Source: Cyanophora paradoxa CCMP329 (lineage: Eukaryota; Plantae; Glaucophyta). Taken from it: DNA of 64,000 nt. Numbering within the stretch: position 1 is the first letter of the stretch; each line of letters opens with the position of its first letter. A program made the translations under genes and the position numbers. Under the pieces are notes generated by a model that worked only from the letters and a program-made list of their open reading frames with translations, made no database searches and had not been told where the DNA came from. The stretch lies in NCBI GenBank assembly GCA_004431415.1, contig QPMI01000048.1, positions 124,001 to 188,000 on the forward strand, given 5' to 3'. Of the stretch, positions 49,538-59,496 are shown piece by piece.

Positions 49538-52500
49538 TCAGCCGAGGTTGCGGTTCTGGGGCGGCTCGTACTTCATCTCCAGCACCTCAAAGACGTCCTG
49601 GGGTACGCGATTTAGAGTGCAGAGGGGGGAGGGAAGGGGTACGATAGCGAACCTCCTCGCGGAAGACAGGGAAGGGCCGCTCCTCGCTAATGATCGCCAT
49701 CTGAGGGTAGAGTGAGGGGTACTGGATGGGGACAGGGGGGTGGAAAGGAAGGGGGTACGCGCCTGGCGGTCGCGGGCGACCCGTCGGATGGTTTTCTCGC
49801 TCAGGCACATCCCGAGGGTGCGCGCCTGCGCGCGCGGGGGGTACACGTTTCACGCCGCGAAAGCCAGAGGCGTGACGAGGGGAGGGGGAGGGGCGCGCCT
49901 TCAGGCGCATGCGGCGGTTGAACAGGCCCGATCCCGTGCTGGCAGAAGAAAGAACAAGTCAGGGGAGGCGACGGGGGCGAGAGGGGTACGGCGCACAAGT
50001 AGAGGAGGGAGCAGGCCCAGTGCTCGTAGGGTACGACGATGACGTCCAGGCGGCGGTGGGGTAGCATTTTGGAGGGGTCCTTCTCGTCGGGAAGCCGGCA
50101 TACCCCAAAGAACCGCTGAGTCGTCACTGGGGGTACGGGATTACAGGTCAGGGGGCACGGGAACGGGGAGGACGGTACGGAAACGCACGGCGTGGGGCGT
50201 CGGCGCCGGGGGGTAGACCCTCGTTGTCGGTCGAGAGGCTGAAGGGGTACAGACAATCAGAAGGGGCGCATCGGGGGGGTACACTGATGGGAGGGCGGAC
50301 GTCAGCGTATCCGTGAGGAAGCCGCTCGCAGAGAGCGTCTCGAGGATGGGCTGCGGGGGTACGTGAGGCGCGCGACTTAGGGGGGGGGGGGGGCGGGCGG
50401 CCCGCGGCGTACCCCCAGGGCGCCCATGTGCTGCGATTGGCCGAAGTCAGGAAGGGGAAAAAGCCGGCGGGGTACCATGGGAGGGGGAAAGGCGCACCAG
50501 GGTACCGCTCGGGTGGCTCACAAGCACGTCGCAGTCCCCACAGTCAGCCTGCGATCAAATTTGGATCGAATCTCGGATCGAATTCGAGAGGCCCCGGCGA
50601 GCCGGCGCACCTTTCCGCGCCGGAAGGAGCCACAGCAGACGACCAGGAACCCCGGGTCGATCTTCCGCGCGGCCAGTTTCACCTCGTGCTCGATCCGTGC
50701 CACCTAGAAGGGGGTACACGGACGTTAGCACTGTAGATGACATAGGGGGTACATGGTTGAACCTCGGCACGCGGGATTCGCTTGAGGAAGTCCTGAGGGG
50801 CGCGGGTAAGAAGGGGGGGGGGAATTTGGCCGGGGGTACGGCGCACATCGCGCAGGCGGAGGCCGATCTGCTGCGCCGAGTTGAGCTCGTCGCGCTGCGG
50901 GCGTTCGGGACCGTCAGCTCAGATCTGAGAATCCGGCCCCAGCGCAGAGCCGCCCGTCCCCCCCCCCCCCCCCCCCCCCCCCCGGATCAAATTGCGCACG
51001 TGCTGGACGAGGTCCTCGAGGGTCCTGTACCCCCTCGCGTACAGGTCCCGCGCCGTCTTCGGTCCAATCCCTGCGACGGGGCGTGACTCGAAAACAGGGG
51101 CGGGGGGGGGGGGGGAACTTGAGAAAGGCGTACCCCAGATGGTCTGGAAGAGGACGTAGGTCTTTAGCGGGTCGGTGTGAGCCATGTTGCGGATCTGCGG
51201 GGGGTACGGGTCGAGTTAGAGGACGGGGGTACAGGAACGGGCCGCGGGGACGCCGACGTACCCGCTGCAGCGTCCCCGTCGCGATGATCTGGTCGACCTG
51301 TGCGCGCGAACTGAGACTCCGTACCCCCGGGGAACGGCGTACCCTGTCGGACTGACCTTCTCGATGACGCCCTTCCCGATGTTCCGCATACCCTTCAGGT
51401 CAGCCCCCTCCAGCACCTGTGGCGGAAGGAAGGAAATAAGAAGCGGGAAACAAAACGGGGCGGAAAAGGGCGCGGGTTCGGACCTCGAAGGGGAGGTTCT
51501 TTATGACGATGGCGGCGCGGCCGAGGGAGTAGGCGCGGAAGCCATCGTTGTGGAAGCCGCGAGCGTCCGATAGCTCCTTAAGCTCCTCCAGCACCTTGGC
51601 TCTGCCGCCCGCAAACCAAAGATCAGCTTGTTGTTGTCTTTGGATCAGATCAGATTGGATCAGATCAGATCTGACACTGACATCTTCACGTTTGCCTCGA
51701 TGGGCTGCGGGCGCGGGCGGTCCGGCCGCTGCGGCGGCTCGCCCTCCCGGGGTACGCGGGGCCTCCGGTCCTTCGAAAAGTCCCAGGGGGACAGCACCTG
51801 CGGGGGTACAAGCTCAAATCTCGCATCTGGGCGAAATCTTGAGCGAGATGCATCCCGCACCAGGCTGGGGTCGACTCCGGAGGGGAGCGGTTTGCTCGTC
51901 GCGCCCCCCTCGTCCATGCGGGGGTACCACCGCCTCGTCTCGCCTGGCCACCTTCGGCCGGGTGGGCGGGGGCCGCGGGGGGTAGCGCGGGGGTAGAAGG
52001 GGGAAGGGGTACCGCTGCATCCAGGAGCGCGGGTCAGTCCTGTCGGCTTCGCCGCGGGAGAGGAACTCTTCCAGCGCTGCGGGGGGTACCGGGTTCAGGC
52101 CGGGGGGAGGTGGGGGGGGGAGCGGAGGGGAAGGAGAGGGGGGGAAGGGGGGGGGACTGACTTAGGGTCGGGGAGGAGCCCTCCTGGTCCAGCTCGGCGG
52201 GGAACACAGTCCTGGGTACGGAGTTTGGTCTTGGGGCCCGAAAGGGGGTACAGGCGGGGAAAGGCGGACCGGCAGGGCGGGGCGGGGCAGGAGTACCATG
52301 CGCCGGACGACAGAGCGAATTTCGGGTCCGAACAGTTCGGCGCCTGCGGGCGTGCGTGGCGCGTGGGCGGGCGGCGCCGGCGCAGCGAACAACGGCGACA
52401 ACCAAAGCGCACCTGCCACGCGGCGGCGAGCTCGCGCTGGCGGATGCGGGCGATGTGCGCGGCGCTCGCCTCGCGCGCCTGCGCCGCAACCGCCCACACC

Positions 52501-54349
52501 GCCGCCGCCAACTCCTGCAGGCCTGCGCCCCGCCCCGCCCCGTCGGTCCCGCTCGGAATCCTCGCGCGGGCCGGGGGCGGGGGCGGCGCACTGCGCGGGC
52601 GGCGGGGCGCGTCGTCGCCGGAGTGCCGCCGCTTGCCGGCGGCGGGTCCCGAGGGGCCGCCGAGATCCATGGCCTCCTCCGGATCCCCCTCGCGCTCGCG
52701 CTGCGTGGCCGGCACCGACTCGCCCGCGCCGCCGCCGGCGCCGGTCCCGGCGTCGATGCCGCCCCACTCCTCCTCCTCCGCCGCCGCCGCCAGCGCCGCC
52801 TGGCCCCGGGCAGCGTCAGTCGCAGCGGGCGGGCCCGGCGCTGGCGCTGGCGGCGCGCCTGGTGGACGAGCTGCGCGGGGGCGTTCGCGAAGCCAAGGTA
52901 CCGTGCCAGCAGGCCTGCCGTCCGCGTCGACGTCCCCGTCCCGCCCCCGCCCGAGCCGCCCTGCGCGCTCGACGTCAGAACGAGGACCGGCATTCAGGAG
53001 CTGGCCACGGGAGGCGCCGCACTGCCGCCTGGTGGTCGTCTTCGAGCTCTGTCTGCGTGGCGCCTTCGCCTTCGTCCTCGCAGAGCCTCAGGCGCCGCGC
53101 GCGGCGCGGCGGGCTGCCGCCGACGCTGCTGCTAGGGCCCTCCCGGCCGGGCGAGCTCGGCCCGGTGGCGGCGGGCGGGAGCAGGAGCGGGGCGGCGGCC
53201 GCCAGGAAGCCGTACGCGAGGCCGCCGTCGTCGTCGGGCGAGCTGGGCGCGTGCGCCGCCGGCTTGGCGGGCGACGGAGTGGCGCCGACCCACTCTCCGC
53301 TCCTGAACCGGAACTTCCTCCGCTTCCTCGTCGCGCCGTCGGCGGCCGCGCCCGGCGACGCGAACGCGGACTGGCTGTCGGCCCACAGAAACTGGGAGGC
53401 CGTGAGCTGCTCGCCCCCGTTCGCCGCCGCCCACGCCGGGCACGTCGGCGGCGGCGGCGGAGGGGGCGGCGGAGGCGCCCCGAGCAGCGTTCGGCACGTA
53501 GTTGCCTGAGACATCGCCTGGGACGGCTCCGCCGCGGCTGCTTCCGGCAGGTCGCCCGCGTCCATGGCGAGGCTGCAGCTGAGGAAGTCTTCCGCGCTTT
53601 CGTGCGGCCTCAGGCGCTCGCGCGGCGACGTCTCGTCGCCGTCGGCCGCGGCGCCATGCTCCGCGCTGGGCGCTGGCTTGAGGGCCCCGGAAGAAGAAGA
53701 AGAGGAGCTCGCGCGGGGCGGGGCGCTCCGCGGAGAAGCGGCGGGCGATGCGGAAGCGCTGGAATGCGCCCTGGGCGTCAGTGCGACGCTCGCCGGCCGG
53801 ACGCTGCTGCCGCTGCCGCTGCTGCTGCTCGTGTCCGGTCCGGCAGTCGGCGTCGCGAGGACCACGTAGCCCTCCTCCGGCATGCGCTTCTTTTCGTTCG
53901 CGCACGCGATGAGCCACTTGGGGTCCACGAAGTGCGCTTTGGGGATCTGGGAGCGCGCGTCGGTCAGCCAGGCGAACGTGCTCCCTCGAGGCGGGAAGCA
54001 GAGGCGAAGGGCGAGGTCGAGGCGGGAAACAAACCTCGCTGAGACGAAGGTCGTCGGCGATGCCCTTGAGCGAGCGCTTCGTGACGACGTGCGTGGTGCG
54101 GCCGGGCTCCAGCTTCGCGTGCACCGCGAAGCCTGCGGTCGGGCGCGCGCGCGTGAGCGGAAGAGCTCTAAGGGGATAGTCTGCAGCTCTGGGGAGCGTG
54201 GTGAGAGGCGGTGGCGGACCGAGCTTGACCGCATTCTCTCGCAGGATCTTGAGGCGCGGGCCGCCGATACCGGGCTCGTGGATGTACACGGCCACATCCG
54301 AGACCACAGCGGAGGCGACCGGACTGGCCTTCTTCTTCTTCGGCGGCAT
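49538..54349 (-). CDS. POLL: DNA polymerase lambda (X family): BRCT, very long low-complexity linker, 8-kDa lyase and polymerase domains (multi-exon)
   Basis: NLS-like MPPKKKK. BRCT: VYIHEPGIGGPRLKILRENAVKLG..TTHVV..HFVDPKWLIACANEKKRMPEEGY. Lyase: FRAYSLGRAAIVIKNLPFE..NIGKGVIEKVDQIIATG. HhH: IWG|IGPKTARDLY. Catalytic CGSFRRGK|ADCGDCDVL and HRRLDVIVVP; YF|TGSGLFNRRMR; EE|DVFEVLEMKYEPPQNRNLG*. Confidence 0.9.
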
Positions 54350-54412
54350 CAGCCAGCCGCGCCGCTTGAACTGCAACCGCTGCTGTACCCCAACGTCGCG
54401 ACCTTCAGCCCG
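54350..54412. promoter_or_regulatory. 63-bp head-to-head interval between POLL and LMF1 start codons
   Basis: ATG(-) at 54349 and ATG(+) at 54413. Both N-termini lead in frame into conserved domains. Confidence 0.55.
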
Positions 54413-57400
54413 ATGCGGAGGCGCGGCGGGGCCGGTGGCGGGGAGGAGCGCGGCTCTGGAGACGATGCAGACGCGCGGGCGGCCGCGCCAGATCCGCCGC
54501 CACCGAAACCTACCAGCGGTACCTCCCAGAAGCCCGCGAGCGGCGCTCCGGCGTCGGATACGTACTACGCCACCCGCATTGCGATCGTACGCCTGTTGAA
54601 TGCCGTGTACTTGGTGCGTGCGCTCTCTTCCGATTACCGACCAGGCCGCTCACGCGCAGCTCGGCGCCGCTCGCACGCTTGCGTGCGCAGATCGCTTTCG
54701 CGGTCGGCTTCCACCAGCTGCTCCCGCTGGTCGGCTCCCGCGGCTTGCTTCCCGCTCGGCTCTACATGGAGCGAATGCGGTCGGGCTACTGCGGGGCGAC
54801 CTGCGCGTGGGAAGTCCCCTCGCTCTTCTGGTTCGTTCCGGAGGCCGACCTCGACTCGGCGATGCGAGTCGCGTGCGCCTCGGGCGCGGCCGTCGCCGCC
54901 ATTGGCGTCGTGACAGGAGCCTCCAACTTCTTCCTTATGATGGCCCTCTGGGTCCTGTACACGAGCATAAGGAACATCGGCCAGGCGTTCTACGGTGCCC
55001 GGGCCTTGTATGCATGCGCGCGGTTCTGGCTATAAGCTGACGCGCCGCCGCAGGCTTCGGTCGGCCGCCCTCCTCCCACCCCCCCTCCCGCACCGGATCC
55101 GACTGACGCTCCCCCGGCCCGCGCAGGCTGGGAGATTCAGGTAGCCCCTCTCTCCGCCTGCGTGGCTGCGCGGTGCCGACGCGCAGGTACCCCCCCTCAG
55201 CTGACCGAGACCGGGTTCCTGGCCGCTTTCCTGTGCCCCCTCTTCTCCCTCCGGCCTGCCCCCCGCTCCTCCCCCCCCTCCCGCCCCGTCATCTGGCTCT
55301 TCCGCTGGCTCGCCTTCCGCATCATGCTCGGCGCGGTACCCCCGTTCACTTCTCTCCCGTACCCCTCCCGCGCCCGATTCTCTGTACCCCCAGGGCCTCA
55401 TCAAGATCCGCTCGCACGACACCTGCTGGCGCGACCTCACGTGCCTCGACTACCACTTTGAGACTCAGGTACCCCTCAGCCCCCTCGCAATCTTCCCCCC
55501 CGCCTCCTAACCTTGTACCCCCGGCAGCCCATCCCCAATCCCCTCTCCTGGTACGTCCACCAGCTTCCCCACGCCTTCCAGGTACCCCCCCCTTCCTCCC
55601 CCTCCGCCGCCCGCTCTCTTCGCCATCGGGGGTACGCCGACCACGTCCTTTGGTGCAGGCGTTCCAGGTCCTCGTGAATCACGTCGTCGAGCTCGCTCTA
55701 CCCTTCCTCGCGATGCTGCCGTACCCCCTCCCGCGCCGCCTTCGCCGGCCGCTCCGCCTCGCCTGCGGCGCCGCCTTCGCGCACTTCATGCTGGGTATCA
55801 TAATCAGGTTCGCTGTGCGGGTTCGAATCCCGCCGCGCCTCTTCCTCTCTCACCCCGGTACCCCCGCAGCGGCAACTACTCCTTCCTCAACTGGCTCACC
55901 ATCGTACCCTGCCTCGCTTTCTTTGACGACGCGTTCCTGGTACGGCGTACCCCCCTGGAACTCTGTACTCGCGTCTAATTCCGGTACCCCATCATCAGCT
56001 CGGGGGCTCTGGGTACCGTCCCTGGCTCTTCTTCTGCTTCCTTCTACCCGGCGAGTTCGCCGCTGCCAAGGCCGCCGCCTCCTCTCCCCCCATGAAGGCG
56101 CCCCCCCTCCCCAGCCTTATTCTCCTCCTCTCCCCCCCCCCGTCCCGGGTATCTGAACCTTCAACAGGGCCGGCTGCGTACCCCCATTCGAGCCGCCCGG
56201 GATCTCGTCCTCGTCGCCCTGATCGCGTACCTCTCCCGGGGTCCGTACCCCGCACCTGCCCCCCCGCTCTACGTACCCCCCTCCTACTAACCCTCCGCGA
56301 ACAGGTCCTGTCCACAATCTTTTCTTCGCGGACCAGCAGGTTCGATGATGTACCCCGGGTCAATGTTCCCGACCCGACTCGATCCCAGGTTATGAACACG
56401 TCCTTCGACAAGTTCGCCCTCGTGAACACATACGGTACCCCTTTCCATCCTGCCCCGTACCCCGATTTCGACGCGGTACCCCTAGGCGCCTTTGGCACGG
56501 TGGGGAAGCAGCGCCCGGAGGTCGTGCTCCTGGGTACGAACGACACACACATCGGCCCGGGTACCGTCTGGCGCGCCCCTATTCCCTCTCGCACCGCCTA
56601 TACCCACTTTATTACGCATTACCCCTCTCCCTTCTCCTAGGAGGGAGTACGAGTTCAAGTGCAAGCCGGGGAGCGTGGGGCGGAGGCCGTGCGTCGTGGC
56701 GCCTTACCACCTCCGCCTCGACTGGCAGGTGAGGAAGCTGGGGGAGGGGGGGGGGGCGGGGGGGGAAGGGGGGGAAGGAGGAGAGGGGGAACCTGGGCCC
56801 CTCGCGGGCGTGGCGGAGGCGTTGGGCGCGGTAGATCCTCTCATACCATCCCACCCCGGCCGAGGGCCGAGGGCAGCCCACCCCTTTGCTCCTCCCTGAC
56901 GGCGGCTCCGCCCCCCGCCCCCCCCACCCCCACCCCACCCCCACCCCCAAAGGTGTGGTTCGCGGCGATGTCGTCGTACCAGCAGCACCCCTGGCTCGTC
57001 GCCCTCGCCGCCAAGGTCCGCCCCGCCCCCCGCCCCCTAGGCGTCCGCCCGCCCCGCCCCGGGCTGCTGGCTTCCTCCTCGTTCCTTATCATGCGCCCGC
57101 CCCGCCCCGCCCCGCCCCGCCCCGCCTAGGCTCTATTGGCCCGCTAGATCGCTTGCTGCACGGCTCCGCCCCTTTCCCGCCGGTCTGACGGGCCGCGGGC
57201 CGCCGTCAGTTCCTGCGGGGGGACGAGGGGGCGCGCTCGCTGGTCGCGGGGGACCCCTTCGAGGGCGCCTCCCCTCCCGCCTTCGTCAAGGTGCGTCAAG
57301 GCCTTCTGGGTCCAGAATGGGATAGGGGTAAAGGGGCCGAGGGATTTAGGACGGAGGTGCGCGGCGACGGAGGTGCGCGGCGACGGCGCGGCGAACTGAG

Positions 57401-57948
57401 ATGAGAAGCACTTGGATGGATGGTGTGCGCGGAGGGCGGGGCGGCGTGGGAGGGGGCTCCTGGGACTAGGAGGGGACGCTCTGCCTCTGGCTTGCTGGCT
57501 CTACGAAGAACGTCAACGTCGCTTCCAAGCGGCGTCCTCGCTCGCTTGCGAAGCCCTCACTCGCTCGCGCGCCCCGCGCAGGCGGACCTCTACCTCTACC
57601 GCTTCACCCGCTGGGGCAGCCCCGAGGCCCAGGCCCGCCCCCCGCCGCGCCCCCGCCCCGCCCCCCGCCCCGCCCCGCCGCCCGTCGCGCTCCTCGAGCT
57701 CGATGCTTCGGGGTCCCCTGCTTAGGCTTCTCTCCGAACGCGCGCCCTAAGCACCGCGGCTAGCTAACGACCGCGGCTAGCTATAGCGCTGTTACCTCCT
57801 CTCTCACGCGCGCGCACAGGCGGGCGCCTGGTGGGTGCGGGAGCGCCTCCGCGAGTACCTGCCCCCCGTATCCCTCGACAACCCGAGCCTGCGGGCCTAC
57901 CTCGCCCAGCTCGGCTGGCAGCCCCCCGACTTCGCCCCGCTCAGGTGA
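54413..57948 (+). CDS. LMF1: Lipase maturation factor (LMF1/LMF2 family), multi-exon
   Basis: TYYATRIAIVRLLNAVYL|IAF..LVGSRGLLPA; YTSIRNIGQAFYG|FG|WEIQ|LTETGFL; WLFRWLAFRIMLGA|GLIKIRSHDTCWRDLTCLDYHFETQ|PIPNPLSWY; SGNYSFLNWLT; MNTSFDKFALVNTYGAFG; EYEFKCKPG; APYHLRLDWQ|VWFAA; YLYRFT; WWVRERLREYLPP; TGA at 57946-57948. Confidence 0.93.
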
Positions 57949-58203
57949 CCCTGAGCCGGGCGGCTCGCACATACATACACACGGGATGTTATTGATATCG
58001 ATGGCGTTCACTTTACATTTCTGCAAATAAGTACGATGCATGTGCACTGTACAGAGACTGAACAGCTGCAGGAGAGCGGGGCCAGAGGAGCTTAGGAGCG
58101 AGGATCATCGGATAGCTATAGGAAGCTAAGGGGCGAGAGCTGAAGAAGAAGCGAGCTAAGCAGCGGGGGGCAGAGCAATCGACGTCAACGACGCCCCAAC
58201 GAA

Positions 58204-59342
58204 TCACGGCCCGGGTCTGCAGGCGGAGAGTGTGAGCTCAACTGGACCGAGAGAGGGGCCCGCAGTCGCGGAGCGAGCTTCAGGCACCTGTAGTAGGGGT
58301 TCTGCGGGGGCGGCTGCTGCGGCGCGCTCGGCTGCCCCACAGGGTACGGCGGGGGGTACTGCGCTTGCGGCGCCACCTGCCCTTGGTAGGCCGTGGGGTA
58401 CAGCCCCGCTTGCGGCCCGGGGCACGGCGGCTGGGCCCCGGGGCACGCCGAGATTACGGGTACAGCGACGGGGATGTAGGGGTGCGCGTGGGGGTGCTCG
58501 TGCTGTATGCGAGTCGGCGATGGGTGAGGGGGGGTACGCGAGCTCGCGAGCGGAAAAGGGGTACCTGCGCGTGGTGGTGCACGTGCAGGTGGGGATCCGT
58601 GTGGTAGTGGTGGTGGTGGGGGTCGACGGCGACCGGAATGGGCTGCCGGAATGTGAGGGGGGTACGCGCGGTCGGGGGGGTACAGGGCGCACGGCGTAGG
58701 TGGTGGGGAGGAGGGGGGCCTCGAGGAGGTACGTTTCGTTCGCCTCGCGCACGATCTCGGGGAGCTGCGCGCGCGCGCGCGCGCGCGCGCGCGTCGGCTG
58801 CCGCGGCGCGCGTGCGACCGTGCGGCTGGATCCGGCGCTAGGGGGGCGCACCAGGCAGAGATCGATCAGCCAGCCTAGGGAGCTGGTCAGAGGGCGGCGG
58901 CGAACGCGCAGCGCGGGCTGCGCATGCGCACCGACTCCGAAGAGACCGGCCGTGCAGAAGTAAAGAATGCCGAGGCAGTAGTGTCCCACGTAGATCCTGC
59001 GCGATTGGCGCGTTCCAGTCACGCCGTGCACAAGCGAGCTGCGTGCGCGTCCGCGCCGCACCTGTGCGCGCCGAAGAGCCCGACAAGCCTGAGAATCGAA
59101 GATTCCAGCGTCACGTCAGCGAGGCGTGCGAGTGAAGAGCGTCAATATCCCTCATGCTTGCTGTAGGGAGCTCGGGTAGCTGGGGCACGAACCCGAGCGC
59201 CCTGTGCGGCGACGGGTCGGAAAGGGCGCATCAGCGACAGCACAGGCGGGGCAAAGAGCGAGGGGAAAGAGCACCAGAAGCAATAGGCCAGGCTCAAGTT
59301 GTACCTATAGCCGCGTGCGATCAGCGGCGAGGCGAGGTTCAT
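58204..59342 (-). CDS. TM2-domain membrane protein with Pro/Tyr-rich tail
   Basis: MNLASPLIARGYRYNLSLAYCFW|LVGLFGAHR|IYVGHYCLGILYFCTAGLFGV|GWLIDLCL|LPEIVREAN.., matching the TM2 pattern G.HRFY.G...G..Y..T.G..G.W..D. Tail ..YPPPYPVGQPSAPQQPPPQNPYYR|PGP*. Confidence 0.85.
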
Positions 59343-59496
59343 ACAAACGCGACCGCTCGGCGCGGGGCAAGACGCACGGCTGCGGCCTCTCAAGATAGTG
59401 CAGGTTGCCGTACATCCCGCCAATGTGCTCGATCCTGCGCCGGAGCGCTGGCCGAAGGCTCGAGAGTTGAGCGCGCGGTATCCCCCCAACACCAGC
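59343..59496. promoter_or_regulatory. 154-bp putative bidirectional promoter between TM2 gene and M43 protease gene
   Basis: Divergent ATGs at 59342 (-) and 59497 (+). Confidence 0.5.

Noticed and set aside
49538-51700. Polymerase as TdT/Pol mu (template-independent)
   Set aside because: It has YFTGS rather than GWTGS and a lyase-type GIG....EK motif, which fits Pol lambda.
52225-54042. 605-aa plus-strand ORF and other long overlapping ORFs (52298-53509, 53132-54376)
   Set aside because: Antisense or alternate-frame shadows of the GC-rich POLL linker exons; low-complexity Arg/Ala/Gly sequence with no domain signature.
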